A DNA stretch of 64,000 nucleotides from Marsupella aquatica. Its lineage: Eukaryota; Plantae; Marchantiophyta. The stretch spans positions 3,628,211-3,692,210 of the forward strand of contig OZ316897.1 of the NCBI GenBank assembly GCA_973895155.1, in the 5' to 3' direction. This document shows positions 1 through 12,736 of the stretch, piece after piece. The notes under the pieces are model-generated. The model was not told where the DNA came from. It ran no database searches and saw only the letters and a list, made by a program, of their open reading frames with translations. The position numbers and the translations under genes were made by a program. The first letter of the stretch is position 1, and the number at the start of each line of letters is the position of its first letter.

Positions 1-838
1 TCTAAGTTCGCAATCCATGAAAGAATATCCAGTAAACGCCTTTCCTTGGTCTACAGTTGCAACTCTGCAGGATGTGGTGAAAGCAAAAAAGCAATTTTTG
101 CTTTCCAGGTTGACCGTTTATCGGAAGCAAAGACTCTGGTGGATTTCCAGAAATCCGAAGTTACTCAAATCTTCGTGAGGTATCGCAGAAGGTAGCAACA
201 GCAACAGGACGCATACTCTTTTACAACATAGCATAAACAGAAATGCCACACCAGTTCATGAACTTACACTTGTCCCCTGCCCATGAAATCGACCGAATTG
301 AATCGTCTAAACCTGAATGACGAGCACCATCGTGAGATGATCAGCCAACAAATTGAACTACCACTACGTGACATATGCGAATTCTAACCTCAGGAGCGGT
401 GTCTTCCCAGTTGAATAAGATGTTAAGTGAACCATACCCAGCTGCAAGCAAAAAACATTCACTTGTAGCAAACATGGATCTCATACCTCATCTTCGTCTT
501 GAGTTTCTAATTCGAGATCAGAAAGAGCATATCCTACACGGAGGAGGCCATAACCCTGCAGATTCAAACAGAGAAAAAGGGGCCCGCAATCAGTGGGATC
601 TCTACCTGGATGAGTTCGTGCCTTTTATCTCCCATTGACCTGATGCATACCCTGTTCTAAAACCATTTAATTCTCATTACAAACATACATTATAGGGTAA
701 AGAAATGCTCAGCATCTTCTTCTTTTAGATGACATTAAGACCAGAAGAACTCCGTCTATACCTTCTCCGTGAGAACAGCAGAGATGCCGAGAGCTTCATT
801 GTCCTGATCTGACTCGTACTGCGCATGTGTGCAACATC
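1..838 (-). CDS. Partial multi-exon gene of unknown function, continuing past the left edge; its 5' exons probably lie at ~1300-1800
   Basis: Six candidate exons with GT-AG borders (762-838, 606-651, 487-555, 389-441, 268-306, <1-64) join in consistent phase without a stop: ...RVCIRSMGDKRHELIQGYGLLRVGYALSDLELETQDEDELGMVHLTSYSTGKTPLLRRFNSVDFMGRGQVVATVDQGKAFTGYSFMDCELR. Product not recognised and start not located. Confidence 0.5.
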
Positions 839-3163
839 CTGTACAAATAGCCCGGGAGTTACTGCAATTCCAAAACTTCCCTAGATGATTTCAAGTCTTG
901 ATAAAAAACACCGAATTTTCTTCTTACTTTGAGCTTAACCGTCTGAAAATTCCCCAAAATTAACTGGGAGGCTTCTCATCATCGGGAAGTGGGAATGCAA
1001 TTTCATACAGTCGACAGATTTTGTAAGGAAAAATTGGTTGGCAGCTCGGTGGAGAACAATTTCTTTGTTAAGGAGCTTCGCCGTAGAGGAAAGTTTTTGC
1101 CCTGACATTCAGTCCAGATTTTCTCATGTTCCAGATATCGACAATTCTCCAATTGCAACACGTCTGAGAGCATAAAACTACCCGTCACTACCTGTGCAGC
1201 GAAGTCTAGAGCTGGACCGTGGATGAGACCAAGCACGTCAGAATCCCAACTACCAAAAGCAACAACACCTTCAATTAACATTGAGAGAGTGTAGCCAGAT
1301 AAATTACTCACCTTGTCTGCACGAAGCAGGCAGCTGTAAATTATGACCCTCCTGCAGCTTTGAGGATATATGGGTTCGGCAGCAGTTCACAATTTGAAAC
1401 GCCACAACCAGGGGAGAATTGGGTTATCATCTACCTGACTACTGCCGCTACTCCCAGTTGCACTAGCTCGCAGAAAGAATTCCGCTCATGAGACAGGAAT
1501 TGCCGGCTCCCTATTCCTGAATTCACAATTACAGCTCACAAAACGCGAGCTCCCAGCGAGAAACACAAGATCTGACGATCCCACTGCATGAAAAGCTTGA
1601 GGAGACTCCCGGCTATAATCTCTATGGGTTTGCTCTCGAATGTTGGGCCAGAATGATAATTCTCATGCCAAAACGATCGTGCTACAAAACCATTCCTCTC
1701 CAACAATCCTCGCAGGTGCAGCCAATCCTTATCCGGTTGCTCGACATAATTTCCCCTTCTCGGCACCAAATTGACGTTCACCCAAGTTCCAGAGAATGCT
1801 AAGCTCAATCTAAATCAAGGAATTGCGAAAAGCTTGTTTCTAAATCCTAGTAAATATTCATAAGCCACTTCGTCCCCAAATACGGGTGTTAGAGAGAAGG
1901 TAAAAACAACCATTAGGGCACCGCAAATATCCATAACTCCTTCTAGACCTCATTTCTATATTAATTGGTACTAGAAGCAAACAGATATACACATTCATAT
2001 TCATTCATATGTACATGTCTAAAAATTTATTTTTATTAGACTTTCCAAAAGAATCTTTAAGAAATTATTCCTGATTCTAAACCATTGATATAATTAAGTT
2101 GATTTTCTTACCTAGATGTTTCAATATAGATAATTGTTTATAGTACAATGTTTCAAGGAACATTTCAAATGTTACAGACTATAATACATATTGACATCAA
2201 ACCATCACGCATTTGACAAGGGGCGAAGAAGAATGAATCGAAATATTACCAACAAAAAAAACATGGAGAGAGGGAGAATGACAAACACTACAAAAGAAGC
2301 TAATTAGTTCGTGGACCCCTATCTGTTTTGATTGAGATTGAAAAATAGTGAGATATGTGTTGGAGAATGTGTGATGATATCATGTGTTATACAATGTGTG
2401 ATGCTAAAGATATCTTTATTGGGACTAGTTGATTTTTTTGCATGATACATCATAGTGTTCTGAAAAATAAAATTCTTTATACAGATAGCTAGTTTGTATA
2501 GATGGGCGATTTGTAACACAAGGTCGAGATAATTGTCAACCTACAGAGAATCCTGTCCACTTCTTCATTCTTCTTAAAAAGCGAGTGGCAGCAGAAGGTC
2601 GAGAAACTTGTGACGACACAGAGACCATCGTTGTTCTCCTTTCTTTTATGTTCTTCAAGAACGACCGGTCCAGACAATTTTCAAGTTACAGAGGTGCTCT
2701 ATCTCGTCATTGATTACTTTGTCATCAGTGCTCAAGTTGCAGAGCTTGCAGAGAGAGATTTACTTACTCAATTGAAACACAATTCAGAATGAGGGTGGAC
2801 AGTCGGTTACTCAGGGTAAATAAAATGGTTATTTTTGAAGCATTTTTACATCAAGGTTTACGGCATGGCGTCCTCAATTTTACCAAAATCCTGCCACAAA
2901 CACGAATGGTGAAGTAAATTTATTTTGTAAACCAATCCTTACCTGTTTGCAGAGCGTCATGATGACATGGCACGTTGTGGAGTCTCGAATTTTGGAAGGG
3001 ACCTCTAGAGGGGTCCATAATTAAGTTTTGAGAGAGCAAAGTTTTGAGAGAAAGCAAAATGGATCTGGCATATGATGCAGACTACAGATGCAGGTTAAGG
3101 GACCTCAGTGTTGAGTAAAAGGACCATTATTCATAAGATAATCCTTTTTATTCCGAACAAGCC

Positions 3164-3520
3164 CTCGGGGGGGTCACTTCCTCGGAAGTGGCACATCACG
3201 TGCGACGAAGTAAGTGACACATCACGTGCGACGAAGTATAGGCCCATTTAAATGGGTGTGGCGAAAGACTTCCAAAGTTTGGTGGAAGAACACATAGGGC
3301 ATGTTTTATTGACTGGTCAACTTTAAAGAACACATAGGCCTATTTAATTGTGAAAAATACTTGCTTTAAAGTTTTTAGGGGTTTTTTAATAAAAAATGAC
3401 AAAATTTAAAGAAAGAAAGGGCTTTGCAAAAAAATATTTTTCACTTATAAGTTAGGGGGGTCAAACACTAAAACGTCGCACGTGATGTATGGCCCTCGAT
3501 ATAGTGACCCCCCCCCCGAG
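3164..3520. mobile_element. Non-autonomous TIR element (MITE), 357 bp
   Basis: Termini CTCGGGGGGGTCACT and AGTGACCCCCCCCCCGAG are inverted. Flanks carry the direct repeat AACAAGCC (3156-3163, 3521-3528), or the 10-bp GAACAAGCCC if each terminus is trimmed by one base. Subterminal ACATCACGTGCGACG occurs twice on the left and once inverted on the right. Confidence 0.85.
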
Positions 3521-5176
3521 AACAAGCCCTGAAATTTGAACCATAGGCCGAGCCTGCCAAAAATTGCCTCCCGCACACTAGAACTGGCAGCCACAACGGA
3601 GAGTTGCCCGCCCCGGTGCCCGCCCACCTTCACCACTGCAGTACTTGCACACTGCGGATTGAGTGCAGATGTTACGGGGTCTGCCACCAATAAGCTGGTC
3701 CTCCATTCAACTCAATACTCACACAGTTACTGAGTTGTGAATGGTGTGACCAGTGGGAATGCTCTTAGTGCAAAACCTTGAGCCCATGTGTGCAAACTAC
3801 TTTGATTTTGTTGCTCAGACTGATTCATACCCGGAATTTCTAACAATACAAGTCTTCAGGTACTGTTTGTGTAAAGACATAAGCAACTATTGCAACATGC
3901 GGTTAGAGGAGCAATTAGCCCCAAAATGCATTGAGAAACAATATATAATGGAAGATACTCAACAAATCAGAGAGGAAGTGTAGAAAGTGCCCAGTGAATA
4001 GTGAAATTTTCTATGATATGTCTCTCAATTCTCATTGCACTTCAAATAGTCAGCATATAATACACTGGTCCTTGCACATTGAATGATTCACTGAGGTCAC
4101 GGAAAATTTGATGTTAGAACAAGTGATTATGTAGCCTTTATGTTGAGGTTGGCCTGAGAAGAGAAATTCTACTAGAATTGCAGCAGGGTACATGCATGGA
4201 AGTAATTGATAGAACTCGATAGCATACACAAGTATGAGAATGTGACAATTGTTCTCAGTTGTAGTCAAATTGTGCATAAAAGCTAATTGAATTTTTTTAA
4301 TAGAATTAGTAGAAGCACATATACTCACTTCAAAACATGGAGTTTTTGGTGCAAATCCATAATCTGATACATCTACTTCAGATAATATGCTTGCTTCTGA
4401 ATTAGCTAAAATTGCAGTGTCAAATAATAAAGTTGAAGCCCAGGTGAATGTTTCCCTGAACCAATGATGCACTATCCAAGATAATTTTAATCCTTGGATG
4501 TAGTTCATCCTTGTTGCAAAAGTCTATTGAAGTATATCAGCAAACCTTGAGCTCCACCCGGTCAATTTTGCATCAAAGAATTGCGGCCTGCTATTCTTGC
4601 AGAATAAAATCATTAGGATAGAAATATTCTCCATTTCTTGCGAGATCAACTCGGAGACCTTTGAGGTCCAAAATCAAAATTTGAAACAACCTCAGGGTGT
4701 TCTCAATTTTGATGGTCTGGTGTGTGTTAATTTTGCTATTTCTTCTTGCTCGGACAGACCTGGCTTGGAAGAAGGCCAGAACGGCCAGCTTCAAAAAGTG
4801 TGACAAGCTACCATATTCAACCTTCTTTGCCTTTGAAAGTTGCCCATCACTTTCCACTGCTTTCTTGGTTAGGAGGATGTTCCTATACCAAAATTCCTGA
4901 GAGCATGAAGGCTTCTTCCTCAGAAATACAAGTTTGCAGGAAAAGGAGTTGTCAAAGGCTAGGGTTGTCTCCCATGCCATTTGTACGTTAATATAGACAA
5001 ATGGACTCTTTCCATGGAGCTTTCTGACCTTGACTGTCACTCTTCATGAGCTAGGACTGTGGGCAATGCTCTAGGCATCTTGTACATTTCTCACTAATGC
5101 AGGTTGCAGGTTGCTGTGAAGTCCTTCCCAAGTAAGAATTAGCCTTCATGTCACTCAAGATGCAATTTGCAATAGC

Positions 5177-7126
5177 CTAATGGGGGCAAATTGCATTGAG
5201 TAGAACATGAGCAAGCATAACATCTACAAAATACTGATGTCCTGTGTTGATACCTTTCCAAGAGTTGAGGGAAGGTGGTCTTCCATAATGCCCTCCATCG
5301 CTGTACATGTTATCATAGTGCCAAGGAAAGGTCATGTCATATGCATCTATAACCTGAAGATACTCTTCACCAAAAGTAGATATCAATTCTTCGCCTAGGA
5401 TTGTGTTGAACACCTCCATCTTGTGCGGGTTAGCTGGCATTTTTCTGGAGTCACCAGCTGGAGCAACTGTGGTCCTGAATAATACCTTGGGCCTACGTGA
5501 TTTGTCGGTAGGACTCGCATTTCTCCAAATGTGCCCCCAAAACTTGGCTGCCTTGTGTGCCCCTTTGGCAAACAGAGTCAAGTTGGGCCAGGATTTCCCA
5601 TCATGGAGGCCTGAATTGAGAATGACTGTATCTGGCAAAATTTCATTATTGGAGGGGATGAAGTAAGATCTGATTGCGTCTCTGTAGTCAGAGTTGTTGA
5701 GAGAATTCAGGCCAAGGTTGTTGCCCGACTCCTCATAATGCCCATTGAAATAACTGGTAATCTTTAGCACTTCAGAAGAGTTTTCAGGATTATGAAAAGA
5801 GGATTGGAATGTTCTTCCCAAGTCACTTTCGTGCAATCCAAGCACAAAATTGAGCAGATTGCGAATAGTATCCTGGTGATTGGAGTCACCCCAAAAAAAG
5901 AGCCACCTCCCTTTGAGACAGCCCCAAGCTTCTCTTTGAATGAAGATGCGAAAGGCACAATGGGCAGAGTACACCCAGCCATTGCTCTCCAATCTGCCAA
6001 GGGGCCCTTTACACCAGGGCCCTTTACATGGCTCATCAGGGTCAAGGCACTTAAATCTACCTTCCAGGTCAGCTGCACACGATTCATGCATTTTTTCTCT
6101 TGTCCAACGTCCATGCCATTCATCCAATTGAAAATCTTTTTGCGTGCACAGTTCAAGATTTGTCTTACTCACTGTAGCTAGAGAAAAGTTGGATGGAGAA
6201 ATAGGTGGCTCTATAAATTCCAGTTGTAGATGGATCACTTCTCTTCCCTGGACCCACGCCTCTGGCCAGTGATCTAGGCCGTGCAGGTTAGAGAATAGAA
6301 GGACCACCTTGAATGTGTAGATCCCAGCCATTTGGTTTTCCACCCTCAAATTGACCAGATAGGATCCATCACCCATATCCTTTATTGGCGGGCGATGTTT
6401 CCAGCTCACGCCTGCACTGAATAAATCATTTGTTATTCATATGTCTTTATAGTATCATGCATGTAAGGTATGCAATAATGGAAGGGAATGCAATGAAAAG
6501 CTTAGTTCTGAATTTTGAGATCTATGAATAGCACATGCAAGATGTGATATCATGAGCGATGAGGCAGAGAATGACTTACCAGAGAGGTCCGTTTCATAGA
6601 AATCTCCTCCAGAGCATCGTCGGGTTCCATCTTCTGTGTAGGATACCAGGAGTATGTGGTGTAACTGATTGGTTCTAAGGCTGAGGTTTCCTTTAAATGG
6701 TAACTCAAATCCAAACACAAGCACTTGTGTTGTCCGCAGGTTCCCACACAAGGTTGTCCCATTTTCTGCTACTTGTTTCAACAGCCAAGCTTTATCATTT
6801 GAAATAAATTCCTCTTGGTCTACTTCTGATGCCAGAGCTTGTGAAAGCCCCCGTAATTGAGATGGTCCCCACTTGCGGATGCGGGGAACAAAGCAAAACA
6901 CTTGGTCATCCCTAACAGATCGGAGGAGAACAACTGTAGAGGTGAATAGCGTGAGACCAAGGATGACCATAACCAGCTGACAAATTGTGCCACCGCAATG
7001 CCCATCCTTGCTACCAAGGTTTAGGCTCTCCAGATCTAGTACCTTAATGTACCTACTCATGATTGGAATTTTTCCAGAGGATGGAGAGCAAGAGGAGCCC
7101 AATGGGTTACTTCGCACTCGCCCCAT
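5177..7126 (-). CDS. PC-esterase/NXPE-like SGNH-fold protein (putative Golgi type II polysaccharide O-acyltransferase/esterase), 2 exons: 7126-6580 and 6411-5177
   Basis: ATG at 7126 and an N-terminal TM helix (LVMVILGLTLFTSTVVLL). A filamin/Ig-like segment (GGDFYETDLSG...DMGDGSY) spans a 168-nt phase-1 intron (GTAAGT...TGCAG, 6579-6412). Catalytic motifs WGDSN and DGGHY (GDS and DxxH) are present. Confidence 0.85.
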
Positions 7127-10100
7127 TTTGCAATTTTGACTACTTATTGTACAGAGATCATCTGCCCTAATGTCCACAGCTTCTCACTCCCATAACTCAC
7201 AATTGAGTGTCCTTCCTTTCTCACTCACAAATTCTGCTGGCTACTGGTGACCCTTGACTTTGGATCATTCCTGCTATTTTGATTTCCCTTGTTTTTTGTT
7301 TTGTTTTGTTTTGGAGAGCTTCTTCATTGCTCCTACAACTATGTTGTGTCTACTCTACAGCTTATAGCAGCTTTTCCAGGGCTAAATGGTCGTTGACTAG
7401 ATAGGGACCTTGAGAGCTCCTCTGCGATCACCAGGCAGCCAATTCATCATACACCAATAAGGCTCTGTGAATTTTTGTAGTCAATTAAGTATAACTGTAA
7501 ACTTACAAGGACAAACTCCTGGAATGGACTTTGGTTAGGCACATTGTTTAAGTAACCATATAGTTATGGAGCCGGTGCATGTTTAACCAACTATAACCAA
7601 CCAAAACCCACGGTCGATCGGTTACACTAAAACAGGTTTAGGGTCTGCCCCCAAACTGATGTGACCATGGAACAACTATAACCAACCAAGACTTACCTTG
7701 CACTTGAAAGTGTTTAGGGTCTGATGTGGCTATGAAAGTGGGAGTGTCTGGCCCTGCCTCCAGCTCACCAACTGCACCATAGAAGCGAGTTAAATGATGC
7801 TAAGCAAATGTTCCTGAATATCTCAAGTATTGTTGCAGATTAGATGCTGCTAGGTATTGCACATTGCCCATCGCACATAGTAGGTGAAGACATGAGGGTG
7901 TGTATTCTTGAATTTTTGAATGTTGTCTACCATGGAGAGATACACATAAGCTGACAGTTTTCTCAGGCATTAGTCATCTCACCAAGTGTAGCCCAGCGAC
8001 AGCAGTCTTCATTGTGGCAAGTGAGGTTCCAAATGAAGCTTCTTTAGTGGACCAGATTTTCCCTTCCCAGAGTGGGGCTCACCAATTAAAGCCCTTTGCA
8101 CACAAAATACTTTGTAACACTTTATAAAATTGGAGGTCACTCTTTTATACCAAAATGGAAATGGCCAGATGGGCAGCATCAATGAGTTTTTCAAGAACGG
8201 GTGACCTCAATGTTCAACTCAGCTGGCTCGATTCCACTACACAAGTGACTAGACCAGGTTCAAACTAGAGTGGTAGATTGGAAGTTTGAAATCATGCTCT
8301 TGGCTTCTCAGTAGGAAATACCGGGCTGTCAGATCTTGCAAACATAGCAATTTAGATTAACCCGGTCAACTCAGTGTGGGTCCTTTTGATTGACAGTGAC
8401 AAAATTTGCACTTAAAGATCAAATTAAATGTGCATTCCAAGCTCAGATTTCCCTCAGTCTATTATTCAAGATGTAAAACAATGAACTGTGAAACATGTTG
8501 GGAAGTGGTTAGGTAACACTTCTTACAACAATTTAGACTCAGCTCTTGACTACAAGCATCCCATTGTAGCCCATTTTTAATTCCAAAATTCTTCACGTCT
8601 GAATTGGGCTTTGGCTGATGAGCAACTGTCCCCCCAGATTGTTCTAAACTTGAATTGAAACATTAAATTGAGTTCTTAGACGGAAACCTATTGTAGAAGC
8701 AATTAACCATTAGCTGCAATGCATAAATTTAAAAGACCTGTTTTGTGCAATGTTCAAAGAAGAAACCAAAAATTGAAGGGAAGTTGTACACAAAATGAGC
8801 CATTTAGTTCAGTGGTTGCCTTCAATTAACAATTCTTTCAACTTAGAGATTTCAGTTGGAAACACTTTGGTTTGAGCTTAAAATTAGGAGCCATCACCTG
8901 GGACCTGGAGGTGCTCAATGACGACATTAAGCAAGAAATGGAAGAAAATATGATTCAAATGGAAGTATTACCCCACCTGTCACTAAAGTTGGGAGCTGTC
9001 AGCTTGATGAGGATTACAATAAATAATTGAATGAGTACCAGCAACATCTTCCAGCCAATCTTCTTCAAATCTCAAAACAACCAGAAAACATTTGTCTTGA
9101 TCCATAGCTTCACACGACAAAACAATGTAGTGTGATTTGAGTCACCAGCAGCTCTATTACTTCAGACCAAAAAGAAGAAGCTTCAAAATCAAGAAACATT
9201 TGTCTGTAAACATGAGCAGGAATCTTAGAGCAAAATAGAGCAAAACCATTGAGCAGATTTTGAGCAGCTCTTGAAATGGCAACAAAACAACGCAACTAGT
9301 GCAATTGAGCTCTCATGCCTTAGTCCCGCTCTTGCCTTTGCCCCTCAACGTTGCCCACGGTGCCCTTAGGCTTCATCATCACAAGGTCACCTAGATTCAA
9401 GAATAAGTTTTGTCAGTTGTAGTCATGCCCAAAAATGCTTATAGACTCACTGCTATATAATGGAAGAAGAGAATGCCCTGAGTTCAAGTGAAGTTATTTG
9501 ACTAGTCTCTCTTTTGAAGGAGAAACATGCATATTGAAGGACTCATGCTGTGTATCCATGGTTCTGAATGTGGAACTGGAAATTTGTGGTCCGACCAGAA
9601 CTTGGCAGAATCCCATGAAGCCATAACCGGATTCTGAAAGGCTTGTGCTCCTTGCGCATGTTGGATATTTCACTTACTGGCCATCATTGCTCTTTGAAAT
9701 GTTTGCAAACGGTAAACTAGGATTGCAATTAGGCACAAAACCGAGGTCTGGGCTCGGGTTACTCTGTTTAACCCTGCATCCAAAATGTAATGCTGACTGG
9801 CTGCACTAGATTATGATAAATACCGGCCGCCATGAAGATTTTCCTCACATTCAGAGCATGGGGTTATAGAGAGGAGCCCCCGTCCAAACCTCAGTTTTCA
9901 TGCGTAAATTTTGTCCAGAAATAGCCTACATAAATAATTTGAGACAAGATAATGAGAATAGTAGCATGGAGTAGAAATGGTTACCCCCTGGTAACCTTTG
10001 TATGTGTTTTGAAACTTGCAAGATTTACACATAGGGTAACCCAGAGCCCCAAGGGAGTTATGAGATGTATCCCTAAGGGCAGTGAGTCCCAGGGGGTTAC

Positions 10101-10679
10101 AGAAATGGCCCTCGAGTGGTCATGGACTAACAAGCATAACCCTAAGGGTAGTTTTGCTCTACATTTACCTGAAACTTGTGCTTGAAATTGGATAACACTC
10201 CTAATGGGCTAACTGTGACTGAATCTCACAACCCTTGGGCCAGGCGGGCAGGGGAGTTATAACTCATAACTACACAGAATACAAGACAAAACCTACAGGC
10301 AGGGTTTAGGATAAGTATATACTAAATTGAGGGCATTGTGTTACATGATGCCTAAAAAATGGAGAGCTTCAGCTAGAGTTTTGAGGGGCTATTGTTGCCC
10401 ATAATGTTCTGGTAAGAGGGCCTGAATTCACTTAAAGGCCTAAAAGATTACATTTTTACTAGTTGCAGTAAAAGTGGACCAGAATTTTCATAATGAGTTG
10501 ATCAAAATCTTGATTGTGCATTGTTGTTTATGAAAACCCCAACAATTACAAAAAGAAAGCTTATTGAGAGTATTAAGTGTGCCCCTGAAAATTACAAAGA
10601 GAAAATCATGAAGTGTGTTAAGTGTGCAGAACAGGACAGTCTTGTCCAGGAATGCCTTGAAAAATACAAGGAGAAATCT

Positions 10680-10790
10680 GCAAAGGGCACCAAGTAGGGG
10701 ATAACCAATGTCTGGGCCTAGGTTAGTATGCTGTAACCAAATCCGCAAAGGGCATTAAGTAGAGGATAACCAATGCCTGGGCCTAGGTTA
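10680..10790. repeat. Tandem duplication, ~65-bp period
   Basis: GCAAAGGGCA..AAGTAG.GGATAACCAATG.CTGGGCCTAGGTTA occurs twice. Confidence 0.8.
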
Positions 10791-10899
10791 TTTGGTTGTG
10801 ACCCTGCATCTGGAATGCAAAACACAGCTTTTCCAAATTTCTAGGTGGCAGGGTCACAGTCTGGAACCCTGCCCGGACCTCTGTTCTCGTAAGCAAATC

Positions 10900-11680
10900 A
10901 TGTCCTGACAAAGATTAGGCTTTGTATTTGGGGTCACCAGATTATTACAATATGAATGTGGAGTAGTAACCTTATTCCTTACAAGACTTAGGTGTGCCAA
11001 ACATGACAGTAGGGCAAATATTTAGGGCACCAGATCATGAGAAAATGGTTATCCACCGGTAATCTTTATTCCTTACAAGATTTACTGCGCCTAGTTAACA
11101 TGACAGTGAAGTTATATTTGGGGGCACCATATTAAAAGAACTACGCTTGAACACTCACTCCCTGAACATAAGTAGAGATGAGGAGAGGAGACAAAACTAC
11201 CTTGTAGAAACAAAGTATTTAGGATTCCCCATTATTTCCAGTTCATATTTGCCCCATCCCTGTTTGCACTCTCATTTTCATTTATGCCCTTTGGAGGTAT
11301 GGTCTAGAGGTTTCACTCTGGACACTCGGCCCAAGAGACAGTTTTCTATTGCACTTCATTAATTAGATAGCAGTGTGGAGTAGAAATGGTTACCCCTCCC
11401 TAACCTGTATTCTTGTATAGCTATTTTTGGGACACCAGATCAATTAAGAATAGGAATGGGGAGTAAAAATGGTTACCCATCGGTAACCTTTATGCCATAC
11501 AAGACTTCGTCTGCCAAACTGAACAGTATATCTTTATTCCATACAAGATTTATGTAGCTATATAATATAATATAATATAATATATATTTGGGCACATGTA
11601 TGAAGAGAATAGGAGTGCGGAGTAGAAATTTTACCCTTTATTCCAGACAAGATTTCCTTGTGCCGAACGGAACAGTAAAG
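10900..11680. repeat. Degenerate tandem/dispersed repeat array
   Basis: GGAGTAGAAATGGTTACCC..GGTAACCTTTATTCC.TACAAGA and GGGCACCAGAT motifs recur about five times, with another copy at ~9968-10000. Confidence 0.7.
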
Positions 11681-11845
11681 CGGTTCGAATTAACGGAAAC
11701 ACAAGGCATGCATGTGGCCGCTCCACAGACCGGTATGTTCAGACCAAAGTCCCACTCTCTTCGCGTCCAGATCCAGCTTCTAGAATCTACTGCACGCAGC
11801 AGACAGTGGAGAGTTCAGGGACTCGTAACTTCACGAATCACATAC

Positions 11846-12331
11846 GCCATTCTACACAAATGCCCGTTGAATTCGTGCTTCATTATTGGGTCCATGACAG
11901 AGTAGAATTTGATCCTGAGTGTCGCAAGTGCGAGATTGCTTCATTATTGGGTCTATGATAGAGTAGAATTTGATCCTGAGTGTCGCAAGTGAGAGATTGC
12001 TTCATTATTGGGTCCATGACAGAGCAGAATTTGATCCTTAGTGTCGCAAGTGAGAGATTGCTTCATTATTGGGTCCATGACAGAGTAGAATTTGATCCTG
12101 AGTGTCGCACGTGAGAAATGGATCGACTGCCATTCTACACAAATGCCCGTCGAATTCGTGCTTCGTTATTGGGTCCATGACACAGTAGAATTTTATCCTG
12201 AGTGTCGCAAGTGAGAGATGGATCGACTGCCATTCTACACAAATGCCCGTCGAATTCGTGCTTCATTATTGGGTCCATGACAGAGTTGAATTTGATTCTG
12301 AGTGTCGCATCTGAGAGGTGGATCGACTGCC
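11846..12331. repeat. Compound tandem array: six copies of a 61-bp unit within a 100-bp (39+61) higher-order unit
   Basis: The 61-mer TGCTTCATTATTGGGTCCATGACAGAGTAGAATTTGATCCTGAGTGTCGCAAGTGAGAGAT starts at 11876, 11937, 11998, 12059, 12159 and 12259. The 39-bp linker GGATCGACTGCCATTCTACACAAATGCCCGTCGAATTCG sits at 12120 and 12220, with partial copies at both ends. Confidence 0.95.
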
Positions 12332-12736
12332 GGTAGCAACTCCAGTTTCGGTCTGTTCCAATCTTCGAGTCGCCGTCCCTCGTATGGAGGTTGTTCGATT
12401 TCAGCCCTTGTCATCTGTCTGCTCACATGACGTTGCTTGCGTTTGGAAGTGAAGGTTGAGACTGGACCACTTGATAGATTGATTATTCCAGACGACTTTG
12501 CGGATTCGAAATTTGCCTTCAGGGGAAGACATCTGAGCGCTGGCCGCAAGTGTAAACTGTGCTCTTGACCAGCGGGCATGTCGATGGTGTACACGGGAGG
12601 AAAGCTCCTTTCTCCTAGTGAAATTGCTCGATCTGGAACCAACATATAGATAGCAATTTCGGATGTGTGACTGAAACAGCATTTGACAGTTCAAGATCGG
12701 TGCTCTATCATAACCACTTTAATTAGTAAGCGAGCG

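Noticed and set aside
8400-9500. Coding-like stretch with short ORFs
   Set aside because: Stops occur in the frames I examined and no family is recognisable.
11846-12331. CRISPR-like appearance of the regular repeat array
   Set aside because: Units are contiguous or separated by an identical 39-bp linker. There are no unique spacers and no cas genes, and the context is eukaryotic.
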